64,000 nt of DNA, taken from an uncultured Chloroflexia bacterium. Lineage in GTDB: Bacteria > Chloroflexota > Chloroflexia > Chloroflexales > Herpetosiphonaceae. The stretch covers positions 2,246,547 to 2,310,546 of the forward strand of contig CAVYBW010000001.1 of the NCBI GenBank assembly GCA_963767035.1, read 5' to 3'. The notes under the pieces were generated by a model. That model was not told the DNA's origin and did no database searches. It was given only the letters and a program-made list of their open reading frames with translations. This document shows, one piece after another, positions 41,124 through 51,800 of this stretch; position 1 is the stretch's first letter, and each line of letters opens with the position of its first letter. Made by a program: the position numbers and the translations under genes.

Positions 41124-42321
41124 TTAGACTTTTTCGGCGACAATCGTTTCGACCCGTTCGCGCACAGCTTCGTCGGGAATCATATCGATGATTTCGCCGA
41201 CAAAGCCCAACACGATCGTGCGCTTGGCTTCGGCAAAAGGCAAACCGCGCGATTGCAGATAGAACAACTGCTCAGCATCGATTTGGCCGCTAGTCGAGCC
41301 GTGACCAGCCTTAACTTCGTTGGCATCAATCTCCAAGCCTGGAATTGAATCCGAGCGTGAAGTGTTGCTCAAGTGCAAGGCATTCTCGCGCAAGTCGGAG
41401 TTCGTGCCTTGACCGCTAGCAGGAATCTTGACCATGCCATCAAAAACAGCATAGGCTTCATCATCAACCACGGTTTTGAAGTTAATTTGGCCTTCGGTAT
41501 TCAAGCCAATGTGGTTGAGCTTGGGGGCAACCAGCAAGTTTTGCTTGCCATTGCCATACAACAAGCCGTTCCAATTGACGCTTGAGCCGTTGCCGCTCAA
41601 ATTGGCTTCCAAGGTGACGTGCTGCACAGCGCTCCCAACGACGACATTCAGCCATTCGGCTTGGGCATCGCGGTTGATGCGAATTTGTTGGCTGCCCAAC
41701 ATATACACATTGCGGTTTAAAATTTGCACGCTGCTGAAGTTTAACTTTGCCACCATCGCCAACTTCGATTTCAGCGCCAGTCAAGAAGACGGCACTAGCG
41801 TCAAAATCAGCTGAGCTAATTTCTTCGATCACATTGATCGAGCTATGACGCTCAGTCACGATCAAGGTGCGAGGAGCGACAATTGTGCCAGCATTCGCCA
41901 CGTGATAGCGAATTCGCACTAATTCGTCAACCACAACATCTTTGGCAACGTGGATGAAAATCCCACCGTTAACCAAGGCATTGTTGAGCGCCGAATATGG
42001 ATCGCGGCTAGTTTGCACAGCGCTACCAAGCACCCGTTGCACCAACTCGGCATGGCTCTGAATTGCTTCGGCCAAAGGCAAAATTGTTACGCCTTCAGCG
42101 CCAGCGAATTCAACTGAAACATCAGCTTCAGCCACGCTGTAATCGGCAATATTGAAGCCCTTCAAGTTGGTTCGGCGCCACTCAGGTTGCTCAGCGGTTT
42201 CAAAGGCGTCCCAAGCTTCGCGGCGGCGGGTGGTTAGCCACTCTGGCTCGTTGCGGCTGGCCAGCAAGGCCTCAAATTGCGCCACATCAAAGGTAGATTG
42301 CAAATTAGCTGGCATTGCCAA
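41124..42321 (-). pseudogene. sufD: Fe-S cluster assembly protein SufD, frameshifted near 41760-41810.
   Basis: The N-terminal ORF 42321-41482 and C-terminal ORF 41762-41124 overlap in different frames. The C-terminal frame carries conserved SufB/D motifs (HLSNTSRSDSIPGLEIDANEVKAGHGSTSGQIDAEQLFYLQSRG). Confidence 0.6.
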
Positions 42322-43111
42322 ACACTTCCTCTCGAATGAAATCGTAACCTTTTTCTTCGAGTTCTAATGCCATTTCCGGGCCACCTTCGCGCACGATTTG
42401 GCCGTTCATCAGAACGTGCACATAATCAGGCTTGATGTAGTTGAGCAAGCGTTGGTAGTGGGTGATGACCAACACGCCCAATTCAGGCTTTTCGGTTTTA
42501 ACTTTGTTGACACCTTCGGCCACAATCTTCAAAGCGTCGATATCAAGCCCTGAATCGGTTTCATCCATGATTGAGATTGAAGGCTGCAACATGGCCATTT
42601 GCAAAATTTCAAGCCGTTTCTTTTCACCACCAGAGAACCCTTCGTTCAAATAGCGGCGGGCGAAATCAGGAGCCATTTCCAACATATCCATGCGGGCTTT
42701 GATCACTTTGCGATATTCAGCCATTGGAATGGCGGTCGACTTAGGATCAACGCCTTCTTGGGCGCGATGTGCGTTTAAGGCAGCGCGTAAGAAGTTGGCA
42801 ACGGTTACACCAGCAACCGCGACTGGATATTGGAAAGCCAAGAACAAGCCCAATTTTGAACGATCATTTGGTTCGAGATCAAGTACATCTTGGCCTTTGT
42901 ACCAAACTTCGCCTTCGGTCACTTCGTAGCGTGGGTGACCAGCGAGGGTATACGCCAAGGTTGACTTGCCTGAGCCATTTGGCCCCATGATGGCGTGAAT
43001 TTTGCCTTCTTCGATGGTGAGATTAATACCTTTGAGAATTTCTTTGCCATCGACCGCAACGTGCAAGTTGCGAATGACCAAATTGTTGGCGCTCATGACA
43101 CTCCTATTCAA
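42305..43111 (-). CDS. sufC: Fe-S cluster assembly ATPase SufC.
   Basis: Walker A GPNGSGKST. ABC signature LNEGFSGGEKKR. 17-nt overlap with sufD. Confidence 0.95.
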   Translation of the reverse strand: MNRSVMSANNLVIRNLHVAVDGKEILKGINLTIEEGKIHAIMGPNGSGKSTLAYTLAGHPRYEVTEGEVWYKGQDVLDLEPNDRSKLGLFLAFQYPVAVAGVTVANFLRAALNAHRAQEGVDPKSTAIPMAEYRKVIKARMDMLEMAPDFARRYLNEGFSGGEKKRLEILQMAMLQPSISIMDETDSGLDIDALKIVAEGVNKVKTEKPELGVLVITHYQRLLNYIKPDYVHVLMNGQIVREGGPEMALELEEKGYDFIREEVFGNAS

Positions 43112-43168
43112 GATTGCTATTCAAGACAACGGCATGGCATGCCCATGGATCGCCAGCCGTCAAAGAAC

Positions 43169-43831
43169 TTAGTTATGCTTCTCAATCCCAATCTCATCGG
43201 CCTTAATCACAAAGTGACAGCCATTATGACCTTCGACCATGCGGCGTTGAATTTCAACTTCATGGCCGAGTGCAGTTTCCATCATTTGGCGTTCCATGCT
43301 ACACAGGCTATCGTGGGTTTGGGCTACCTCAAAATAAGGGCAGGCATATTCGCTCACAACCCAACCACCGCCAGGCGATTCGGCGACATTAATCGACATG
43401 CCTTTACGGTTCATGGTGTAGACGAATTGCATCAAACGCTCACGTAGCGCAGCATTGACAGGGTGATCGCCAGTGTATAACGTTGCTAAGCGCGTACCCA
43501 CCCGACTAAGCAGTTGCGCCATTCCATCTGGGCCTTCAGTCGCCAAAATCTCTTCCAGCAACACATTCAAGAGTACATCGTAGCCCTTAGGAAATAGCGA
43601 TTGCGCCTTCGCAGTCAGGGTATAGCGGTAGGAAGGACGGCCTGGGCCTTGGCGAATTTTGGTCGGTGCAATGAGTCCTTGGTTGGTGAGATGGGTTAGT
43701 TGCTCGCGCACCGCAGTTGTGCTCACAGCCAGCGCATCTTCCAATTCCTTGACAGTCGCTGAACCTTTACGCTGAATATAGCTCACAATATCGCCGGCGG
43801 GCGTTCCTTCTCGGATACCAAACACGGTCAT
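43169..43831 (-). CDS. sufR: SufR-like iron-sulfur cluster biosynthesis regulator.
   Basis: N-terminal winged HTH. C-terminal Cys cluster CPYF-X12-C-X28-C. Sits upstream of sufC. Confidence 0.7.
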   Translation of the reverse strand: MTVFGIREGTPAGDIVSYIQRKGSATVKELEDALAVSTTAVREQLTHLTNQGLIAPTKIRQGPGRPSYRYTLTAKAQSLFPKGYDVLLNVLLEEILATEGPDGMAQLLSRVGTRLATLYTGDHPVNAALRERLMQFVYTMNRKGMSINVAESPGGGWVVSEYACPYFEVAQTHDSLCSMERQMMETALGHEVEIQRRMVEGHNGCHFVIKADEIGIEKHN

Positions 43832-43876
43832 AGAAACCTCGCATTATGCCTTTGACCATACCGTTGCATGGTTATT

Positions 43877-43903
43877 GAGAATGATTATAAATCGAGAATG
43901 ATT
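43877..43903 (-). promoter_or_regulatory. Putative sufR promoter with direct repeats flanking -10.
   Basis: On the minus strand, aatcattctc occurs twice around TATAAT (the plus strand shows gagaatgatt at 43877-43886 and 43894-43903). Confidence 0.3.
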
Positions 43904-44059
43904 TTCTGTCAATAAAATCGGAAATAACCGTGTTTATTCGAAGATAACAGCATTTTGAGGCAAAAATAGGCAGTTTTGGTAGAATTTTGGAGGTATGGCA
44001 CTAGCACTCGGGCGCTGTTTAGCCCAAGCGAGCAGTTTAATTCTTTGATGAGAGCTTGA

Positions 44060-44455
44060 TTAAGCAGCCAATAATTCTTGGTGTAGGCGTTGTAATTGGG
44101 CGATTGTGCGTTGGGTACGTGGGTGTTGCTCGCCAAAACGCGCAAGATCGCCTTGCAAGCGAACTTCAACCGTTTGGACGTTGCGCCGTCGATTGAGCCA
44201 GCGTTGATAGTGGGCCGTGGCTTGGCGATACACTGCTTGGGCTTGGGTCAGCACAGCATTGCCATACATCGCGCCAAGCAAGCACCACAAATGCTTATCG
44301 CTGGCCAATGGGCGGACATTCGCAGGATTGTGGCGCCATGCTTTGAGCAGACGGGTATTGGCATTGACCGCGCTGCGAATTTGGTCAGCCTCGTTTGGCG
44401 AATATCCTTCAGCAAACCATTGCAATACTGCTTCGATTCCCGTCACTGGATGCAT
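44060..44455 (-). CDS. Hypothetical helical protein.
   Basis: ORF with a plausible start MHPVTGIEAVLQWF. No family recognised. Confidence 0.4.
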   Translation of the reverse strand: MHPVTGIEAVLQWFAEGYSPNEADQIRSAVNANTRLLKAWRHNPANVRPLASDKHLWCLLGAMYGNAVLTQAQAVYRQATAHYQRWLNRRRNVQTVEVRLQGDLARFGEQHPRTQRTIAQLQRLHQELLAA

Positions 44456-44586
44456 TGCAGACCTCCTAACTTTGGAGTCAGCATAACAGCAGCGTGTGAC
44501 AACAACTGTCACAAACTTTTGTCACAATCGCTATTCAGGGGTATAGTTGCGCCCAATCGAAGTTCAATGCTGAAAGGAACACAGAC

Positions 44587-45999
44587 ATGGTTTGGTTAAG
44601 GATCGCCCTCGTTGGGCTCATGCTCGCTGTGTTGTTGGGGAGCATACCCCAAGCCCAAGCAGTCGATCCAAGTTCTACAGAACGGATTTTTGGCGAAGGT
44701 GAGGGTGATCCAGCAGGCGCATTTCAGGTGCTACGGCTGCATCCCATCCCAACTGTAATGAATTTTGGTGATGCGGTGAGCGGGGTCGCCAGTGGCGATA
44801 GTTGGTTGGTTGGGGTTGGTCAAAACAGCTTTTTCTCACTTGATGCCGGCAATCATTGGCAGCAGCTTGATCCACAAACGCTGTTTCCCACAGCCGCTGG
44901 TGGGCTATGTTGCCAGCAAGCATTTGCCTATGATTATGGCCGCGATCTATTTATTTGGCTTTTGCAGTATACGCCCGATACCCAACGTGGCCTCGTGCGA
45001 ATTGCCTACACCAATAGCGCTGGCTTAGCCGAACAAGCCTGGGAATGGTATGACGTGCCAGCTGCCCAAGGCTATAGCTGGGTTACACCCCAACTTGAGC
45101 TAAGTTCCAACCAAATTTGGCTCGCGATGGATCGTCAGGTAATTGGCGGGGCAATTGATAGCACATGGGTCAGCCAGATTCAAACTGATACGCTTGAGGA
45201 TGATTTGCCGTTTATTCGCAGCTATTCCTCAACGACAGAGCGGGCATGGCACTTGGTGCGGGGAGCGAAAGACATTATGTATTTTGCCAACCACATCGAT
45301 CAAACCACGGTGCGAATCTATGCGTGGGATGAAAACCAGCCAATTCCAACGGCGAGCGATGTAACGGTGGCCGAGTGGACAGCCGGAGCACGCATTTGCC
45401 CAACGCCTGATCAACTTAATTGGTGTTCAGTTGATGATGGCCGAATTCGGGCAGGTTGGGTGGCAAAAGGCACGATTGGCCTGATGTGGAATGCTGTTTC
45501 TAGCAACACGATCACCTTTCCTTATATTGATGCAGTGCGGGTGTATGAACGTGATCTCAGTTTATTGCCATTTAGTTTAGCCCGCCCATTTATTTTCAAT
45601 GCCCAAAATGGCTTCTCGATGCCTAGTGCTGCGGTCAATGGCCGCGATGATGTGGCGGTGAGTTTTTATCACAGTAGCACCAAGCAACACCCAACTATTT
45701 CGAGCAGCATTTTTGATGATTTTACCGCGCCACCACCGGGCTGGGCCTATTACAACCTGCAAACCAGCAGCACCACACCCAGCAATGGCCAATGGGTTGG
45801 ACAATTGGATACTCAAGCATTCAGCCCAACCAATCTTGGCTGGAGCGTGGCTGGTGCGCGCTTGAATGGCTGTGCTGAGGCCCGTTGTTTACAACCATTC
45901 ATTGCCATTTTCAGCCGCGAGCGAGATCGTCCGGCGATTGAACGCTGGCTTAGCCCAATCCGCTATGAAATCTTTACGCCGTTGGTGCAAATAAATTAA
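44587..45999 (+). CDS. Secreted protein of unknown function.
   Basis: Signal peptide MVWLRIALVGLMLAVLLGSIPQAQA. 470 aa. Confidence 0.6.
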   Translation: MVWLRIALVGLMLAVLLGSIPQAQAVDPSSTERIFGEGEGDPAGAFQVLRLHPIPTVMNFGDAVSGVASGDSWLVGVGQNSFFSLDAGNHWQQLDPQTLFPTAAGGLCCQQAFAYDYGRDLFIWLLQYTPDTQRGLVRIAYTNSAGLAEQAWEWYDVPAAQGYSWVTPQLELSSNQIWLAMDRQVIGGAIDSTWVSQIQTDTLEDDLPFIRSYSSTTERAWHLVRGAKDIMYFANHIDQTTVRIYAWDENQPIPTASDVTVAEWTAGARICPTPDQLNWCSVDDGRIRAGWVAKGTIGLMWNAVSSNTITFPYIDAVRVYERDLSLLPFSLARPFIFNAQNGFSMPSAAVNGRDDVAVSFYHSSTKQHPTISSSIFDDFTAPPPGWAYYNLQTSSTTPSNGQWVGQLDTQAFSPTNLGWSVAGARLNGCAEARCLQPFIAIFSRERDRPAIERWLSPIRYEIFTPLVQIN

Positions 46000-46003
46000 T
46001 GCA

Positions 46004-46035
46004 GCAAAAAACCACTGGTCATTCGACCAGTGGTT
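46004..46035 (-). terminator. Rho-independent terminator of the minus-strand tRNA operon (possibly bidirectional).
   Basis: aaccactggtc-attc-gaccagtggtt stem. On the minus strand it is followed by TTTTTT. Confidence 0.7.
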
Positions 46036-46040
46036 TGATG

Positions 46041-46115
46041 TGGTGCCACCTTCCGGGCTGAACCGGAAACCCTACAATTTTCAATCGTATGCTCTACCAA
46101 CTGAGCTAAAGTGGC
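46041..46115 (-). tRNA. tRNA-Phe (GAA).
   Basis: Reverse complement is GCCACTTTAGCTCAGTTGGTAGAGC...anticodon loop TTGAAAA...CCA. Confidence 0.9.
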
Positions 46116-46117
46116 AT

Positions 46118-46193
46118 TGGTGGGTGATGGGGGACTCGAACCCCCGACCTACTCGGTGTAAACGAGACGCTCTACCAACTGAGCTAATCACCC
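46118..46193 (-). tRNA. tRNA-Val (TAC).
   Basis: Reverse complement is GGGTGATTAGCTCAGTTGGTAGAGC...anticodon loop TTTACAC...CCA. 76 nt. Confidence 0.9.
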
Positions 46194-46212
46194 ATATGTA
46201 TGAAGAACGAAT

Positions 46213-46299
46213 TGGTGCCCAGAGTGGGACTTGAACCCACACGAGATTGCTCCCACTACCCCCTCAAAGTAGCGCGTCTGCCAATTCCGCCACCTGGGC
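46213..46299 (-). tRNA. tRNA-Leu (GAG).
   Basis: Reverse complement is GCCCAGGTGGCGGAATTGGCAGACGCGC...anticodon loop TTGAGGG, long variable arm, CCA. 87 nt. Confidence 0.9.
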
Positions 46300-46347
46300 A
46301 GGTGGTTTGCAACATTTGGTTTGTGTTGCATTTCGTTATTCAATTGT

Positions 46348-46878
46348 TTAGTGCCGTGGTATTATAATCAGCTTTGGCGTTCTTGTCAAATTGGATATTC
46401 CATCGCCCAAAAGCTGCAAATTATCCTCCCAAGGGTAGCTCAATTCTAGGCGTTCGGGTTGAATATTTCCATGCCATCCTTCGACTGATTCGAGGGTCTG
46501 AAAACCATACTGCGCGTAGAGAGTTTGGGCATTGCGCGTCGCCAACAGCCAACGCCGCAAGCCTTGAAGCTCAGGGTGGGCTAGGATGGTTTGCACCAAC
46601 CACTTGCCAAGGCCATTGCCACGATGCTCGGCCAAAATATAGACATCATCTAAATAGGCAAATACGGCATAATCGGTAATCACCCGCGCCAAGCCAATTT
46701 GCTGCTGGCCGTGATAGACCCCAAAACACAACGAATGCTCGACCGAGCGGATAATCGTCGCTGGCTCGCGTTTGGCGGCCCAATAGGTTTGATGAAGGCC
46801 ATCAACAATCGCTGCATAATCGAGGCGGGCCGGATCGGTGCTGATTGTATAGTCGTCACGCTGCCATTGCATACTCAT
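46348..46878 (-). CDS. GNAT-family N-acetyltransferase.
   Basis: Motif A RGNGLGKWL. Confidence 0.8.
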   Translation of the reverse strand: MSMQWQRDDYTISTDPARLDYAAIVDGLHQTYWAAKREPATIIRSVEHSLCFGVYHGQQQIGLARVITDYAVFAYLDDVYILAEHRGNGLGKWLVQTILAHPELQGLRRWLLATRNAQTLYAQYGFQTLESVEGWHGNIQPERLELSYPWEDNLQLLGDGISNLTRTPKLIIIPRH

Positions 46879-46939
46879 GCTCCAAAATAAAACAACAGCC
46901 CCAGTTGCGTAAACTGAGGCTGTTGCACTACGAAAGAAT

Positions 46940-48616
46940 TTAGGGGGCGCAACTTGGTTTGGCGTTGAGCCATGGACTGAAGGTTAAATTTACTCCGACG
47001 GCATCGCCAGTGCCAGCGCCATTTTGCTCAGGATGATACGGCCCCGAAGCATCGCCCCACCAGTTGTTGCGCGCATCAAAGCCAACATCACCGGTTAAGC
47101 CATAATTTTTGTGGCTTTGGAAACTATTGCCGCTAATCAAAATCCGTGCACCATCCAAGGTTGGGTCGGTCGATTTGATTTGCAGGCCATACGCGCCGCC
47201 GCTAAAGCTATTGCACTGAAACACGGCATTCAACGATTGGTTGAATTGAGCGCGAACATTCGTGCCGCTGCTGCCACGGAAGCTATTTTTCTCCAAAATA
47301 ATTTCAACGTCATCGGCGGTTGCGCTGAGGCTCACGCCGGTTGCGCCATCGGTGGCAGTGTTATTGATCACATTGCTGAATAAACGCAAGCTCTTGCCGC
47401 CACGGACTTCGGCACTAATCGGTGCATAGCCAACCACGCGGCTACGTTGCAGATCAAAATTACCACCGCTAACATAGATCCGGCCTTGATTTTCTTCAAA
47501 GACGCTATCTTGAATCACGGTATTGCCGCCAAGTGCTGAAATCAGCACGCCCTCGGAGCCGCCGCCACGCACATCAACCCCGTTCAAATTGGCCTGACCA
47601 CCATTATTAACCACAATCGATTTCCACAGGCTGGTGCCGCTCTTGCGCAAACGTGCGCCATTGGCCGTGAGCGTGCCATCAACCACCAACGAGGTGTTGG
47701 CATCCATCAGCACTTCCACGCCATCATCAATCGTTAAGGTTGCACCTTTAGCGATAATTGTATCGCGGCGAACTTTGACTGGGCTTTGAGCCAGTGTCCA
47801 ACGGGTATTGCCCCGAATCATGTCGTAGGGCAAAGGAGTTGGGGTTGGCGTATTGGTTGGAGTCGCAGTTGGCCCTTCAGTTGGTGTATTGGTTGGGGTT
47901 TCAAATGGCTCATCAGTGCTGCTGGGAGTTTCAAATGGATCTTCAGTTGCCTTAGGATCATCGTCTTCCTCAGTTGGGAAAGGCAATTGATCGGTTGGCA
48001 ATGGGATCGAATCGGTTGGGACGGGAATATTAGTTGGCGCTGGAGTGCGATTTGAATTTGGCGTAGGATAATTGCTTCCCGAGCCTTGGGTCGGCGCGGT
48101 TGTGCCCCGATTGCTGGTACTGCTAGTTGGAAAGAGTGGCATCGAGGTACCACCAACTGGCAAGGTTGGAAAGGGATCAATCGTCGGCGTTGGACCATCG
48201 CCAGATGGCTGAGGATAGGCGCTTTGGCTCTCAAGCGTTGGAGTTGCCCGATTCGGCGCTGGTGGCCCGACCACACCTGCCACATCAGTTGCGGTTGGCC
48301 GAGTATTAGCAACCTCAGTGCTGGAGATCAGCGTTGGTGTGACTGAGCCAGTGGCAGGCGCTAAGGTTGCTTGCGCCAAGGTGGTTGGGCTAGCCAAACC
48401 TGAGGGCGATTCAATCGTCGATTGCGAATTAAGCCCAAAAATTGCAGCCAAAACAAAAAACGTACCAGCCAAAAGAATCGTCTGATACTGACGGATATTC
48501 TGCATCGCACGACTTGAACGTAGGGCGCTGAGCAGCTTTGCTCGTTGGGTTGGTGGGCCACTGGGTGGCAGGTTTTGCATCTCCATAGTGCGCCATGGTA
48601 GCACAGCCTGTGCCAT
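46940..48616 (-). CDS. Membrane-anchored right-handed parallel beta-helix protein with a Pro/Thr-rich linker.
   Basis: N-terminal TM (ILLAGTFFVLAAIFGL). PT-rich linker (PTNTPTEGPTATPTNTPTPTP). Repeated G/N-rich beta-helix coils (NosD-like fold). Confidence 0.65.
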   Translation of the reverse strand: MAQAVLPWRTMEMQNLPPSGPPTQRAKLLSALRSSRAMQNIRQYQTILLAGTFFVLAAIFGLNSQSTIESPSGLASPTTLAQATLAPATGSVTPTLISSTEVANTRPTATDVAGVVGPPAPNRATPTLESQSAYPQPSGDGPTPTIDPFPTLPVGGTSMPLFPTSSTSNRGTTAPTQGSGSNYPTPNSNRTPAPTNIPVPTDSIPLPTDQLPFPTEEDDDPKATEDPFETPSSTDEPFETPTNTPTEGPTATPTNTPTPTPLPYDMIRGNTRWTLAQSPVKVRRDTIIAKGATLTIDDGVEVLMDANTSLVVDGTLTANGARLRKSGTSLWKSIVVNNGGQANLNGVDVRGGGSEGVLISALGGNTVIQDSVFEENQGRIYVSGGNFDLQRSRVVGYAPISAEVRGGKSLRLFSNVINNTATDGATGVSLSATADDVEIILEKNSFRGSSGTNVRAQFNQSLNAVFQCNSFSGGAYGLQIKSTDPTLDGARILISGNSFQSHKNYGLTGDVGFDARNNWWGDASGPYHPEQNGAGTGDAVGVNLTFSPWLNAKPSCAP

Positions 48617-48847
48617 CGTGCAATGAAGATTGGCTAAGAAATGTGGGGGTACTTTCGGCCTAAGTTGCCCATTGATTATGTCTATGGTACACTCAGATTC
48701 TACAAGATTTAACCATCAGTTAAAGCAGCATTGACATGCGGTTTATCTTCTTTATGCAGCATGACATTTCAGAACTGAAGGTTCCGCTTTGGTTTAGCCG
48801 TCACAGTTGGTGTGAACGGCATTTCTACATGAATCGTGGAGGATTCT

Positions 48848-51800
48848 GTGCATTTTAAGGGTTTACGACTCCTAACAGCGTTAACAATGCTGTTCACGTT
48901 GATTGGTACTTCGTTGTCCGCGACCTACACCACTCCTACTAGTGCTGTCTCTACCTCTCTAGTTATTAGTCAATTCCAAACTGCTGGCGCTACTGCTGGT
49001 GATGAATTCATTGAACTGCATAACATTAGTGCTAGCCCAATCGATCTGAATGGTTATCGGGTTGTTTATCGCTCAGTGTCGGGAACGACTGATACAGCAA
49101 TCGTCAACTGGACAACCTCAGTCGTGATTCCTGCTGGTGGTTTTTATCTCTTAGCAAACAGCGGGTATGACGGCAGTGTTACTGCTGATCAACCATTTAC
49201 CAGTGGTTTAGCTGCTGCTGGGGGCGGGATTGCTATTCGTAATGGCGCAGCCAATACCGGCACGCTGATCGATTCAGTTGGTTTCGGTACTGCTACCAAC
49301 GCATTTGTTGAAGGCACAGCTACTGGTGCTCCTGCAGCTGATAGCAGCTATCAACGCAACAATTCAAGCTGTGCTGATACTGATAACAACGCTGCTGACT
49401 TCAGCTTGTTGACTCCCTCAGCGCCACGCAACAGCGGCAGCCCTGTGGCGACCTGTGGTGGCTCACCTGTTGATAATGCCCCAACTGTTGCTAGCACCGT
49501 GCCAGCCAACGCTGCAAACAACGTGGCCTTGAATGCCAACGTTACAATCAGCTTCAGCGAACCAGTCACCACCACTGGCACGTGGTACACGATTAGCTGT
49601 ACCAGTGGCACACGCACCGCTAGCGTTACTGGCGGCCCAACCAGCTACGTGCTTGATCCAAGCAGCGATTTTGCTGCCAACGATGCTTGTACCGTAACGG
49701 TTATTGCCAGCCAAATTACCGATCGCGATGGCACCCCTGACGCTTTGGCACAAAACTACAGCTTCAGCTTCAATGTCTCAAGCGGCGTTGCCTGTTCAGG
49801 TGGCACGGTTACGCCAATCGGCCAAGTTCAAGGCACTGGCGAAACCAGTCCTTCGAATGGTTCAGTTGTAACCGTTCAAGGCACTGTGGTTGCCGATTAT
49901 GAGGGTGCTCAACCAGCCTTGCGTGGTTTCTACCTGCAAGATGCTGGCGATAACAATGCTGCAACCTCTGATGGTATTTTCGTATTCAACGGTGGCGCTG
50001 AGCAAGTTGCGCTTGGTCAAGTGGTTCGCGTTACGGGTACGGCTGGTGAAAACCAAGGCCAAACCCAATTGAGCGGCAGCTTGACGGTTGAGCTTTGTGG
50101 CACAACCAACGTTGTTACCCCAACCCAAGTCAGCTTGCCATTTGCCTCAGACACTGAAGCAGAGCGCTATGAAGGTATGCTCGTGCAGTTCAACCAAAAA
50201 TTGGTTGTCTCAGAGCACTACTTGTTGGCCCGCTTCGGCCAAGTAACCTTGTCGCTCAACGAACGCTTGGCACAACCAACGAATGTGGTTTCGCCAGGTG
50301 CTCCAGCCTTGGCCTTGCAAGCCCAAAACAACTTGCACAAAATCGTGCTTGATGATCCATTCAACAACCAAAATGCTGACCCAATTCTGTTTGGTCGTGG
50401 TGGCAACGGCTTAAGCGCCGCCAACACCTTGCGCGCTGGCGATAGCATCACCGGTTTGCAGGGCGTGATGACCTACACATGGGGTGGCGCAACGGCAAGC
50501 CCCAACAGCTACCGCGTGCGGGTCAGCCAATCGCCTAATTTCGTAGCCGAAAATCCACGCCCAACCTCGCTTGAGCTTGATGGCTCATTACGCGTGGCTG
50601 GGGTTAACGTGTTGAACTACTTCAACACCTTTGGTAATGGCGCTTGTACTGGCGGGGTTGGTGGCGCTGCTACCGATTGCCGTGGGGCTGAAAATGCCAC
50701 CGAATTCCAACGCCAAAAAGACAAAACCATTGCCGCGATCATCATGACCCAAGCCGACGTGATTGGCTTGATGGAAATTGAAAACGATGGCTTCGGCAGC
50801 AGCAGCGCAATCCAAGATTTGGTTAATGGCTTGAACGCTGCAACCGCTCCAGGCACCTATGCCTTGGTGAATGTCGATGCACTGACTGGCCAAACCAATC
50901 CATTGGGCACTGATGCCATCAAAGTTGCTTTGCTCTACAAACCAGGCAAAGTAAGCTTGGCTGGTACGACCGCTGTGCTCAATACTGGCGCATTCGGCAC
51001 GTTCAACACCAGCAGCGGCCCAACTGGCCGTAACCGTCCAGCTTTAAGCCAATCGTTTACCGAAACCAGCAGCGGCGAAACCTTCACCGTGGTCGTCAAC
51101 CACTTGAAGTCGAAGGGTAGCGCGTGTGCCGATAACATTAGCCCAGTGCCAAGCGACCCAGATTTGGGCGATGGTCAAGGCAACTGTAATCTGACTCGTA
51201 AAACCGCCGCTCAAGAGTTGGTCAACTGGTTGAATACCGACCCAACCAACATTGATGATAGCGATTATCTGATCATTGGCGACTTGAACTCGTATGCAAT
51301 GGAAGATCCAATCACCACCATTCGCAACGCTGGTTATGTCAATGTTCCAAAAACCTTGCTTGGCGACGAAGCGTACTCATACATCTTCGACGGCCAGACT
51401 GGCTCGCTCGACCATGCTTTGGCAAGCAATTCGTTGTTCAGCCAAGTTGCTGATGTTCAAGAATTGCACATCAACTCCGACGAACCGATCGCTTTGGATT
51501 ACAACACCAACTTCAAGAGCCCTGGCCAAATCGTCAGCTTGTATAGCAACAACGCCTACCGCGCGTCAGACCACGACCCAATCGTGGTTGGCTTGGATTT
51601 GGGTGCAGCACCAAGCGCCAACTTCAACACTTCAACCAAGACGGTTAGCAGCACCAGCGTTGAACAAGGCGAAGTCTTCACCTACACCTTGACGATTCGC
51701 AACACTGGCACGGCTGAAGGCAGCTTTAGCCTGAGCGACCTGATCAGTAGCAATCTGCAAATTGTGAGCGTTAGCGCTGGCTTGACCACCAATGGTCAAA

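Noticed and set aside
41482-41762. Programmed frameshift in sufD.
   Set aside because: No slippery heptamer or stimulatory structure is evident at the overlap. An indel (error or mutation) is the simpler explanation.
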